A DNA stretch of 64,000 nt from a virus. The notes beneath the pieces are model-generated. The model searched no databases and was not told where the DNA came from. It saw nothing but the letters and a program-made list of their open reading frames with translations. The stretch lies in UHGV virus genome UHGV-1374526, one strand, 5' to 3'. Shown here piece after piece: positions 20,054 through 28,217 of this stretch. Numbering within the stretch: the first letter of the stretch is position 1; each line of letters opens with the position of its first letter. A program made the translations under genes and the position numbers.

Positions 20054-20442
20054 ACAACGCAGAAATACAAATTCAATTCCCACAGCCCGGCGACTGGACC
20101 AAGCTCATTATGAGTGTAATCTACGCGGACGCACTGGGCTTTACGCACCTTGACCAGTACAGTGAGACCACGTTGCCGAAGGAGCAGATACCCGCCCTCG
20201 CGGGGGCTATCGAGGCCATTGCCGCTCTTGACGAACAGTGGCAAGCGTGCCAAGTTTGGGCACGATTGGGAGATATTCCCTCCCCTTCCAGCCCGACGGA
20301 CAAAGTGCCCGCAGTCCTTCTGACTGTCGAGGCTACCGGGGATTCCGGGGGTACAAAAATATTTACCCCTGACCAATATCCCCAGTTCGTACTCACCGAT
20401 AGTGGTACACTATCCTTCTTTAACTTCTTCACAAAAGGATGA
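20050..20442 (+). CDS. hypothetical protein
   Basis: 130 aa. ATGA overlap with the upstream gene. Confidence 0.45.
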   Translation: MNNAEIQIQFPQPGDWTKLIMSVIYADALGFTHLDQYSETTLPKEQIPALAGAIEAIAALDEQWQACQVWARLGDIPSPSSPTDKVPAVLLTVEATGDSGGTKIFTPDQYPQFVLTDSGTLSFFNFFTKG

Positions 20443-20502
20443 TAATCATGAGCTTACTCGAACTTCTTGACTTACTTGGCTGGAAGCGCAAGTAGCACAT
20501 CG

Positions 20503-20536
20503 CCCCGGAGGCTAACCCCCTCCGGGGATTTTTATT
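20503..20536 (+). terminator. intrinsic terminator
   Basis: Stem ccccggagg / cctccgggg followed by atttttatt. Confidence 0.65.
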
Positions 20537-20581
20537 AAAATAATTTCTTGACAAATAATAAAATTATTATATGGTGGTGGC

Positions 20582-21169
20582 ATGTCCAAGACATCAAACA
20601 CCAAACAGATAACCAAGATTGTTATTGACGAGGCCAATGGCTTGACACACGTTTATATGTCAGACCTTAGCCCGAAGATAGTTAAAGCCAATACCTCGGC
20701 CCCAACGAACATTCCTACCAAGAGCGAATTCTCTTTTCGCGATGAATCCGTAGAATCGCAAGCAGTAGTTGAGAAGGCCTTTGACGAAGTATTCCCGGAG
20801 GAAGATGGGCATCCTCAACTGTTCTGCCCAATCTGCGGTGGTCTATTGAGAGAAGCACGTCGCGGCAACTACGTGTTCGTAGAGTGTATGAGTTGCGAAT
20901 TAGCGGTGCTGGGAGATGATAGTGACGATTATGAAGAGGCGAAGGAAAAGGCATGGCTTACCGCCCGCCAGTTTATTGAAGAACTCCCTCCGCTTCTGCG
21001 TCTCCAACCCGGCGCCGAAATCCAGTACTACGACGGCATGTTCCATAGGCATACCGGAATCGTTGCAGGAAGAACCCGCGTCTCCATGCGCATCCTGTTG
21101 GAGGATGGGCGAAGCATTGACCCCAGCAGGATAGTTGAATGGCCGTGGGGAATGGAGCAAGCCGAGTAA
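20582..21169 (+). CDS. zinc-ribbon protein with C-terminal WPW domain
   Basis: CPICGG...CMSC zinc ribbon. C-terminus ...RIVEWPWGMEQAE. Paralogous to the next gene. Confidence 0.5.
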   Translation: MSKTSNTKQITKIVIDEANGLTHVYMSDLSPKIVKANTSAPTNIPTKSEFSFRDESVESQAVVEKAFDEVFPEEDGHPQLFCPICGGLLREARRGNYVFVECMSCELAVLGDDSDDYEEAKEKAWLTARQFIEELPPLLRLQPGAEIQYYDGMFHRHTGIVAGRTRVSMRILLEDGRSIDPSRIVEWPWGMEQAE

Positions 21170-21171
21170 CC

Positions 21172-21546
21172 ATGAAGGAGAGCAAAATGAAAACGCCTAA
21201 ATGCCCGGTGTGCGGAAATGAGATGCAGTTGCAATCTGATGAAGTATGTTCAGGGTATTACACACCATTATATTATTACGAGTGCATAGCATGTCCTCTT
21301 GCCACAACGCCAGCAGATACCGCAAAAGACGCCGAGAATCAGATAAAAGAGCTTATTTCCAAGTTCCCGCCTATCATGAGGGTCTGGCCCGAAGATACAG
21401 TAGTATGGAAAAATACTCCTGTCACGATTCTTGATAAGGACGTTCCGTGCGGAGAACTTCTGGTGATAAACTCGCAAGGACGCAAATTCCTCATACCTCA
21501 TCATGCTATTGAGAAATGGCCGTGGGAACTTGAAAGGGTAAACTAA
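21172..21546 (+). CDS. zinc-ribbon protein with C-terminal WPW domain (paralog)
   Basis: CPVCGN...CIAC. C-terminus ...AIEKWPWELERVN. The start is moved to the first ATG after the upstream stop. Confidence 0.45.
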   Translation: MKESKMKTPKCPVCGNEMQLQSDEVCSGYYTPLYYYECIACPLATTPADTAKDAENQIKELISKFPPIMRVWPEDTVVWKNTPVTILDKDVPCGELLVINSQGRKFLIPHHAIEKWPWELERVN

Positions 21547-21548
21547 CC

Positions 21549-22010
21549 ATGAATACATTGCATCTATCAACCACACAATACTTCGCGCTTGCGGTTCTTT
21601 TCGCGCTTGCGGGTGTAGCTCTCCGCGGCTTAGGGGGTACTGCCCTCACCGAGATGGCCAAGAGGCTGAAAGCTCACTTGAAGCTCATTGGCATTGAGAC
21701 CAATAGCTACCGGACGAGAGGAAGCGAGTATACCCTATATGAGCGCAAGGAAATGGAGAACATATACAACCATATCTTCAATACCTCGGTTCAGTGGGTT
21801 ATCTTTGGGCTAATCGGACTGACCGTAAGTATCATTGCCGAGTGCCTCTACACTCTTCCCGCACCTCCGCTTTATGTCCTCTCTCTTATCTCCGCATGGA
21901 TTGCCGCATGGTATCTCTTTATTGTTTTATCTAACTACATAACCACGGGGGTTTTCATGTGGATGACCCGCTATCGACTTTACCGCGAATACCCAAACAT
22001 CAAATTCTAA
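21549..22010 (+). CDS. integral membrane protein (3-4 TM)
   Basis: Hydrophobic segments YFALAVLFALAGVAL, VQWVIFGLIGLTVSIIAECLY and LYVLSLISAWIAAWYLFIVL. Confidence 0.5.
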   Translation: MNTLHLSTTQYFALAVLFALAGVALRGLGGTALTEMAKRLKAHLKLIGIETNSYRTRGSEYTLYERKEMENIYNHIFNTSVQWVIFGLIGLTVSIIAECLYTLPAPPLYVLSLISAWIAAWYLFIVLSNYITTGVFMWMTRYRLYREYPNIKF

Positions 22011-22011
22011 T

Positions 22012-22422
22012 ATGGAAAAGAATCAAATTAAACTCGGAATGATTGTCCGCGTCGACGGCGGCCCTTGCGGTCGCGTCGTGGAAATCGACAACGAACGTTC
22101 TTCCTACCCGTACAAGGTACGCTATTCGGGAGGATTAGCGGAGTGGGCCTCTGCTAACCAGATGGAAGAAATTCTAGATGCGCCAGAAGAATCTGTCCGC
22201 GCTGGTTGCACTAACGCCGCCAAACCCCGGCGACCGTTCAAGAGAGGGGATAGGGTACAATACGTTCCTCGCGGCTGGGTAAGCTATGATGAAGAGCCTA
22301 CGCCCTATCAGGAGTACGCGGTTTACGATGATGAAGACAGCGACGGCTGGGTAGCTATCGATGGAGTAACCGTCAACTACTTCAACACCGTTATGTTCTT
22401 TGACCTCAAACTAATCGATTAA
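22012..22422 (+). CDS. protein with two SH3/KOW-like small beta-barrel repeats
   Basis: GMIVRVDGGPCGRVVEID and GDRVQYVPRGW repeats. Related short motifs recur in the genes at 30997 and 31409. Confidence 0.45.
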   Translation: MEKNQIKLGMIVRVDGGPCGRVVEIDNERSSYPYKVRYSGGLAEWASANQMEEILDAPEESVRAGCTNAAKPRRPFKRGDRVQYVPRGWVSYDEEPTPYQEYAVYDDEDSDGWVAIDGVTVNYFNTVMFFDLKLID

Positions 22423-22427
22423 CCTCC

Positions 22428-22553
22428 ATGATTGCCTACCTCTTATTCATTATCTTCATCGTATGTCCCATGAGCATCGCCGCTCTCGGAATGGTCCTCG
22501 CGTATTACGCTGGGCTAAGGGCAGGTATGAAGCAGAAGGAGGAAGGAGTATGA
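22428..22553 (+). CDS. 41-aa single-TM micro-protein (not in ORF track)
   Basis: MIAYLLFIIFIVCPMSIAALGMVLAYYAGLRAGMKQKEEGV. Its stop overlaps the next start (ATGA). Confidence 0.4.
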   Translation: MIAYLLFIIFIVCPMSIAALGMVLAYYAGLRAGMKQKEEGV

Positions 22554-22681
22554 CACTCTTCCTCAATTTAATCCTTGCATTCTGTATCATAACGAGTACA
22601 TCTATCCTCGTAAGAATTCTATTCTTATTCCTACTAAATCCCAGCAAATACATTCACCATGACCACAACGATATTTGTTAG
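22550..22681 (+). CDS. 43-aa single-TM micro-protein
   Basis: MTLFLNLILAFCIITSTSILVRILFLFLLNPSKYIHHDHNDIC. The ORF-track 22463 version adds an Arg-rich extension that overlaps the upstream micro-ORF. Confidence 0.4.
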   Translation: MTLFLNLILAFCIITSTSILVRILFLFLLNPSKYIHHDHNDIC

Positions 22682-22784
22682 TATTACTGACATCCTTGCA
22701 TGGATAGGAATTACTCTGTGCATCCTCGCCCTATTCACCCTGTGGGTAATCGAAACCATTAAGAAGCATATCAAAAGAAAATGA
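22659..22784 (+). CDS. 41-aa single-TM micro-protein (not in ORF track)
   Basis: MTTTIFVSITDILAWIGITLCILALFTLWVIETIKKHIKRK. Its stop overlaps the ATG of the Cys-rich gene (ATGA). Confidence 0.35.
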   Translation: MTTTIFVSITDILAWIGITLCILALFTLWVIETIKKHIKRK

Positions 22785-23806
22785 ACGACGACGAACCAAA
22801 TTGTTGGACCTGCGCATACAGCAACTTCCCCGAAACCGCGGAACCCTGTGCATCCTGTGACATGTACTTTAGCCACTTTGAATCCAGTGAACCCACGGAA
22901 TCCACGGACACCGCGGCAAGCGAGGATGCACGGAGGTGCTCCCTCTGCAAATTCCGTGATATCCCGATAGTGCAATCCCCCTGCCAGAGGTGTGCTATCA
23001 CTCCCGGACTTCCCTGCTTCACCTCCGATACCAACAAATTGGTAGAGATGGAGAAGTTGAAGCGGGAAGAAGCAAAGCGGAGGGAAGCCAAGATGGCTGG
23101 TCCTACCTGTCTGGCATGTAAACATAAGGGGGTATCTATCCTAGAGGAACCCTGCATCTCCTGCAACGGCTATCAGAATTATACCCCAGATGAATCTGCG
23201 CCATGTGCCGAAGGTACGGACGAGAACGATGATGTCATCGAACCGTGCAATACTTGCACTCACCGGGATAACCTCCGTTGCAATCCTCCATGCTCTCATT
23301 GCCGACAGGAGCGGGGAATTGAGTACCCGGAATATGAAGAGGATAAAGGGGATGAAGAGGATGTCCCCTCCCCCTGCTCCACATGCAAGTACGGGGACTT
23401 GCCCGGAACCGTGGGACCCTGTGCTTCCTGTTTCGACGAGGGGCTGGACCATCCCCTGAACTACGAGGAAGCCACGGAATCCGGGGACGAGGAATCCAAG
23501 GACGAGGATTCCGGGGTCACAGAAATTGTGCCGAAGCATATTGTTGATATGTTTGTCGAAAGAGTGGGGCAAGAGGTGCGACGGCATTTTGAAGCCCACA
23601 ATGCTCATCCACGTCCTTGCCCCTACTGCGGAGAAATCCCGGAGGTCGTGGGGGAAACCATCTATCCCGGAGAGGAACATTGCTATGTCGTCTGCAACGG
23701 GGCCAAGCTTCTTCCTCATAGCATTTCCATTCATGGCCTCACTCGCGAAGAAGCGGTAGCCCGCTGGAATAGCTTCGTATTAACTATGAAGTCCCAAGAA
23801 AAATGA
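22781..23806 (+). CDS. Cys-rich protein with five tandem C-x2-C...P-C-x-S/R-C zinc-finger-like modules
   Basis: CWTC..PCASC; CSLC..PCQRC; CLAC..PCISC; CNTC..PCSHC; CSTC..PCASC; plus C-terminal CPYC...C..C. Acidic P/T/E/S linkers. Confidence 0.55.
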   Translation: MNDDEPNCWTCAYSNFPETAEPCASCDMYFSHFESSEPTESTDTAASEDARRCSLCKFRDIPIVQSPCQRCAITPGLPCFTSDTNKLVEMEKLKREEAKRREAKMAGPTCLACKHKGVSILEEPCISCNGYQNYTPDESAPCAEGTDENDDVIEPCNTCTHRDNLRCNPPCSHCRQERGIEYPEYEEDKGDEEDVPSPCSTCKYGDLPGTVGPCASCFDEGLDHPLNYEEATESGDEESKDEDSGVTEIVPKHIVDMFVERVGQEVRRHFEAHNAHPRPCPYCGEIPEVVGETIYPGEEHCYVVCNGAKLLPHSISIHGLTREEAVARWNSFVLTMKSQEK

Positions 23807-23903
23807 ACGCTCACTGGATAACCATTAGCGGGGGAGGATTCGTCCTCCCCATTAACTCCATACTAATCGCGGAGGGAGACCTCGCCGCATAACATTTCAT
23901 CTC

Positions 23904-24134
23904 ATGAACCTTCCATACATTGGACAAATCAAAGGGCTTCGCCAATATCTTATTGACGAGCGCATTCTCTCTCCTATCGAAGTTGGTCTAGCCTCCGACA
24001 CAGAGCTACTCGACACAATCATTAAACGAGGATATTCCTTCGTCGTACCCTACAATGGTAGCTATACGACTGGGGATGAAATCCTTCTAATCCCTAATGA
24101 CGCATTGAACCATGCAGTCAAATTCTCACGCTAA
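23904..24134 (+). CDS. hypothetical small protein
   Basis: 76-aa ORF downstream of a GC hairpin (23830-23850). Confidence 0.4.
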   Translation: MNLPYIGQIKGLRQYLIDERILSPIEVGLASDTELLDTIIKRGYSFVVPYNGSYTTGDEILLIPNDALNHAVKFSR

Positions 24135-24138
24135 ACGT

Positions 24139-24225
24139 ATGTACACACTAATCGGATTCCTTCTCGGTATTCTCTTTTACTACATCATCGAGAACAATAA
24201 CGACAACGACTTTACCCCTGCATGA
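24139..24225 (+). CDS. 28-aa TM micro-protein (not in ORF track)
   Basis: MYTLIGFLLGILFYYIIENNNDNDFTPA. Its stop overlaps the next ATG (ATGA). Confidence 0.3.
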   Translation: MYTLIGFLLGILFYYIIENNNDNDFTPA

Positions 24226-24698
24226 AGAAGAACAGTAGAGGACTAATCGTCCATCCCGGATTGAAACATTCACGGAGGCCACGGCATAGTACTCCCCCGG
24301 TAAAGAACGTGCCACGGGGCTACATTGCCACTGGGGAGATTGCCGATAAAATCGGGAGAAGCTCCGTATGGGTAATTCACGCCCTGAACCGATTGAAGGT
24401 CAAACACGTTCGTTGTGGGCATACCATGTACTGGGAAGGGGAAGGAGCCAATGAATATATTCAGATGCAGGTCAAAGGTCTATATGACAGCATCCCGGAA
24501 GGGTACGTTGATGTAGCTACCGCATTGGAATCTACGGGCTTGAAGTCTCCGGCGTATCTGACCACCCTATTCAAGCGGGGCAAAGTTCAACGTGTACGGT
24601 ATCGTGATGATAGCGACCCTCGCGGTCGTAGGACACGGTTTGCGTATAATTTGCTTGACCTCCTTTCTCATTTGGGTTTAGATAGCTCTGACGTATGA
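24222..24698 (+). CDS. HTH DNA-binding protein (AlpA/Xis-like, tentative)
   Basis: Segment YIATGEIADKIGRSSVWVIHALNRLKVKHVRCGHTMYW resembles excisionase/AlpA-type HTH. Confidence 0.35.
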   Translation: MKKNSRGLIVHPGLKHSRRPRHSTPPVKNVPRGYIATGEIADKIGRSSVWVIHALNRLKVKHVRCGHTMYWEGEGANEYIQMQVKGLYDSIPEGYVDVATALESTGLKSPAYLTTLFKRGKVQRVRYRDDSDPRGRRTRFAYNLLDLLSHLGLDSSDV

Positions 24699-25048
24699 GA
24701 ACGACCTACTCTACAACCAGAACCATACAGAAGGGCCAGAGCAATCAGCGAGCCTTGCTCGGTCTCCTTCTGAATATTGACCTCCTTGACTTCTCCCTCA
24801 CCGTTGATAACATACGTGTCCTTCTGTACATGCACGCCAATGGATTTGAGAGTGAGCATAGTAACCCGGAAATTAGCAGGGGTACTCGCATCCAGATATC
24901 ATCTCTCTACTATGTCCTGCGCAAGCTGGAAGAAAAAGGGTATATTGAATACGAGGGAGTGAGGGGGTCGAGGAAACAAACTAAAAGTAAACTAACTCCG
25001 AAAGGTATCACTTTCTGTCGTGACATCTTCCGGCCACAAACAATCTAA
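24695..25048 (+). CDS. winged-helix transcriptional regulator (PadR/MarR-like)
   Basis: LYYVLRKLEEKGYIEYEGVRGSRKQTKSKLTPKGITF is a classic wHTH recognition helix plus wing. Confidence 0.5.
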   Translation: MRTTYSTTRTIQKGQSNQRALLGLLLNIDLLDFSLTVDNIRVLLYMHANGFESEHSNPEISRGTRIQISSLYYVLRKLEEKGYIEYEGVRGSRKQTKSKLTPKGITFCRDIFRPQTI

Positions 25049-25056
25049 TCAACGAC

Positions 25057-25491
25057 ATGGAAAAGAACAATCTCGATGAACAGGCAGAAGTCGCGGCCAA
25101 GCTCTATAGCATGGCTGAACTTCCAACCCCGTGGGACCAGCTCACCGCGGTAAAGAAGAAGCCCTACATGAACATGGCGGGCAAACTAATCAAGGGAGAG
25201 GCTGACATCTTTGCCCAGCTGACGGCGAAGTACTGTGTCCAGCTTGGTGTACCCGGCAAGTACAAGACCATCATCTCCGGGATTATTAGTGCCGCCCTTG
25301 GAGCTTTAGCTATGTTTGGAGCGTTGGGGCAGAGTAGTTGCACCTACGCGGATGTGAGTAAGGACCGCGCAGTTATCTGCAATGGAGAATCCTGTGTAAT
25401 CGTTAGCCCCGGAAGGTTGACCTTTACGCAGGAACAGCCTAAGACGGATGCAGGTCCGGTGGTAATCCCCTCCAAAGAATACTGCAAATAA
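25057..25491 (+). CDS. membrane-anchored small protein
   Basis: TM IISGIISAALGALAMFGALG followed by Cys-containing soluble tail. Confidence 0.4.
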   Translation: MEKNNLDEQAEVAAKLYSMAELPTPWDQLTAVKKKPYMNMAGKLIKGEADIFAQLTAKYCVQLGVPGKYKTIISGIISAALGALAMFGALGQSSCTYADVSKDRAVICNGESCVIVSPGRLTFTQEQPKTDAGPVVIPSKEYCK

Positions 25492-25492
25492 T

Positions 25493-26524
25493 ATGGCAGA
25501 AGAGTATCAAGAGATTCCACAAGCTCCTGACCTCTTTAATCATCCCGTACCCTCGGTTCCCGTGGGTACGGAGATGTTTAATGAGGCCCCGCCATTTGAT
25601 TCAATGCCGGACCCGATTGCCCCTGTCTATGGGGATAGTGATGTAGGGACGTTCCATACCCCGGTATATAATGATGACCCCCTCATGCGCAACCGGGAAG
25701 AGAGCATGTTCGCCATTGTGTATGACCCAAAGGATTCCGGGACTAACGCAAAGGTCATGTACACCTGCGGTGTTGTCATTGATGATAATGAGGTGCATGA
25801 AATTGGAGGTGCGCCGGGGACGTTGAAGGCAGTGGATAGTGGAGAGAAAGCACCATTAGATGATGACATCGTCTGGTATGTCAATGTTAAATCCGACCGC
25901 AAGTCCTCCACCGTGTCTAGTAAGAAAGACACCAGCGCGGACTTCTCCGTCCCCATTGCGAGGACGAGCAAGGGCAGGAACGGATATATCCAGCAACTTC
26001 ACCGTGGTGCTATCTTCATTGGAGGCGGCGGTGGTGGCGGCAAGTTCCCATACAAGGTCACGACGACTAAGGAGCAGGACGCAAACAAGAACTGGCATAC
26101 CTACGCAGTTATCGAGCCGGGCGGTTTCCGTGATACCGAACGGAAGAAGGTGGAGATTGACGGGTTCAAAGACGGGGCGGCTAAGAAGGAAATCGTAACC
26201 GACGGTGAACTTCCCGTACTCCTTGAATGGGAATACACTTGGCCCGCCAATACCGTGACGAACGCCAAGCTGGTTGTTGATGATAAGCCGTGGGATGGTA
26301 AGGAGGTAATCACTCCGATTGAGAGTGCCGAGGGAACGGGTAAGAGCAAATGCGCGATTGCCATCCTGACGGTAACGCGAAACCCGCAGGACAATAGTCT
26401 TGACGCAACCGTGAAATCCCAGCTGGTCAATACTGGACTGGCCGCCGTCTGGTACAGCGGATATGTTGATGGCGTTAGCGGACGTGTTGGGCAATATGCA
26501 GAAGTAAGTACCGTAGCACCATGA
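25493..26524 (+). CDS. hypothetical protein (possible virion/tail component)
   Basis: 343 aa with poly-Gly IFIGGGGGGGKFPYK. Confidence 0.4.
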   Translation: MAEEYQEIPQAPDLFNHPVPSVPVGTEMFNEAPPFDSMPDPIAPVYGDSDVGTFHTPVYNDDPLMRNREESMFAIVYDPKDSGTNAKVMYTCGVVIDDNEVHEIGGAPGTLKAVDSGEKAPLDDDIVWYVNVKSDRKSSTVSSKKDTSADFSVPIARTSKGRNGYIQQLHRGAIFIGGGGGGGKFPYKVTTTKEQDANKNWHTYAVIEPGGFRDTERKKVEIDGFKDGAAKKEIVTDGELPVLLEWEYTWPANTVTNAKLVVDDKPWDGKEVITPIESAEGTGKSKCAIAILTVTRNPQDNSLDATVKSQLVNTGLAAVWYSGYVDGVSGRVGQYAEVSTVAP

Positions 26525-27333
26525 AGTCTCACCTCTTACTCCCCACGAACTCGTCGAAGGATATTTCGGTTTTAATGAGGAAGAATAATCCTGACTACAC
26601 TGAACAATATAAAAGTAGTTTGTGGTATGGAACCCAAGGACCCACGGTTTCCGGGCTTCCTGTACCTCTAGGTCGAGCCGTAGCTATTTCACCAAACGCA
26701 ACGCATAAACCGGGGATTAAGTGCAAGAACCTTGTGGACGCGTGGAAAGTCTTCAACACATTGAAAGGATTTAATTCCATCGCGCTTCCGGCGAAGTTGC
26801 CTAGTCAGAATGGCATTCCCGGAGGCGTCGATGCTCGTACTCAATTTCGAGTATACGAGCCAGCACTTTGGTTCGCATGGCAGGGAGTGCCGGAAGGAAC
26901 TGAAATTACTCCACATGAAGTCACATTGCAGGAAGCCCGCGATTGGCCCTACTATGACGACGGCTGGCTATACCAAAACAGTACATACGGACCACATTAT
27001 GGAAGCGGATTTATGGATAATATGTGGTACATTGAATCAGAAAGTGGAGCAGTTTATCTGGATGTAAGTATCGATTTAAGCTTCAAGTATGAGAGAAAAA
27101 CATCCTCTGGTGTATGGCAGACCTTTTCGATACTTGCCTATGTAGGCTACCCCATTAAATATTGGGCGAATGGGAATAAGGCTTCCATGCGAACAGTCAC
27201 ATGGAGCACCACGATAGGTGGAGTAGAAGTTGACTGCCTTGGAAGTTATTACTGTTGGACCCCCTACGTTGCCGCTCCCGAAATCTCCCAAATGAATCAA
27301 TGGTTTAAGGGATTACAGTTCACGACACTTTGA
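26521..27333 (+). CDS. hypothetical protein (possible virion/tail component)
   Basis: 270 aa, W/Y-rich. ATGA overlap with the upstream gene. Confidence 0.4.
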   Translation: MKSHLLLPTNSSKDISVLMRKNNPDYTEQYKSSLWYGTQGPTVSGLPVPLGRAVAISPNATHKPGIKCKNLVDAWKVFNTLKGFNSIALPAKLPSQNGIPGGVDARTQFRVYEPALWFAWQGVPEGTEITPHEVTLQEARDWPYYDDGWLYQNSTYGPHYGSGFMDNMWYIESESGAVYLDVSIDLSFKYERKTSSGVWQTFSILAYVGYPIKYWANGNKASMRTVTWSTTIGGVEVDCLGSYYCWTPYVAAPEISQMNQWFKGLQFTTL

Positions 27334-27385
27334 TATAGCAGTACAACTGGCTTATCGATTTCGTACATCGAAATGTCAGGACGTT

Positions 27386-27488
27386 AAACTCCCACGGAAC
27401 CCACGGAACCCACGGCCAAATGGTCACAATGGGTTCCGTGGGTTCCTTCGTTGTGTCATACCCACTAGCGTGTGCGGTTGTGTCATAC
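27386..27488. repeat. non-coding iteron/inverted-repeat locus A (CCCACGGAA direct repeats + GGGTTCCGTGGGTTCC partner + TGTGTCATAC x2)
   Basis: cccacggaa x2.5 at 27391-27415. Inverted copy at 27431-27446. ttgtgtcatac at 27451 and 27478. Confidence 0.6.
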
Positions 27489-27502
27489 CAATTAAAAATT
27501 TC

Positions 27503-27530
27503 TTGACCAGAATCTTCTTCTGTGTATGAT
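27503..27530 (+). promoter_or_regulatory. sigma70-like promoter (TTGACC-16-TATGAT), leaderless arrangement
   Basis: -10 ends 7 nt before the ATG at 27538. Confidence 0.5.
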
Positions 27531-27537
27531 GGCGGGC

Positions 27538-28203
27538 ATGGACAACAACATCCATTACATCATTAGCGCGTATAACCCCTCCCTTCATTGGCCGGAGAGG
27601 GAATCGAACCTAATCCATTACACGGTCAATTATCTTAAATCCCTGCACATCCCCGGCGAGCACATTACTGTCATGTCCGAGGACCTTGGCGTTCTTTCAT
27701 GGGCCAAAGCGGAGGGGCTGAACGTTGCCCGCGTCCCTGATGCACCCGATGAAGCCATCCTCTCCATCGCCGCAGAGCATGCGGGAATGGACATCATGGT
27801 GCTCGATACTCAATGCCCGGTGCGCGAAGCGGACCTTCTCGACGTTATGGCTAGCCAGATAGCTACCGAGAAGGATGTCATCTTCATCTCCGCATACATG
27901 GGAATGAAGCGGACGAACATCGAAGACTACCCCGCATGGACCAGCATAGTTGATGGTAGTGTGTGGGGGTTCCGGCACGATAGCGACCTGAAAGCCATTA
28001 AGAAAATGAGAAGTATCTATTATGTCTATCATGACGCGTTCGCCGGACACTTCGGAGTGAGCCTCGACTACCAATACGACAAGGAGGTTCTCGACATCGC
28101 CGTGAAACGCGGCTGGGAAAAGAGCGCAAGCACCGCTCCCTGCTCTGCGGATTATCCGCGCCGCGTGCAGATTATAGTTGACAAACCCAAACAGAATATC
28201 TAA
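27538..28203 (+). CDS. cytidylyltransferase-like nucleotidyltransferase (KdsB/NeuA/MobA fold, tentative)
   Basis: N-terminus IHYIISAYNPS matches VVIIPARYAST of CMP-KDO synthetases. Central block ILSIAAEHAGMDIMVLDTQCPVREADLLDVMASQIA matches the ...VIVNVQGDEPMI...IRQVA region. Start moved to the ATG after the -10; the ORF-track 27526 ATG lies inside TATGAT. Confidence 0.45.
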   Translation: MDNNIHYIISAYNPSLHWPERESNLIHYTVNYLKSLHIPGEHITVMSEDLGVLSWAKAEGLNVARVPDAPDEAILSIAAEHAGMDIMVLDTQCPVREADLLDVMASQIATEKDVIFISAYMGMKRTNIEDYPAWTSIVDGSVWGFRHDSDLKAIKKMRSIYYVYHDAFAGHFGVSLDYQYDKEVLDIAVKRGWEKSASTAPCSADYPRRVQIIVDKPKQNI

Positions 28204-28217
28204 TCTTCATCCACATC

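Noticed and set aside
22463-22681. ORF-track 72-aa version of the second micro-protein
   Set aside because: The N-terminal 29 residues are Arg-rich and overlap the first hydrophobic micro-ORF in another frame. The internal ATG at 22550, coupled to the upstream stop by ATGA, gives a clean single-TM peptide.
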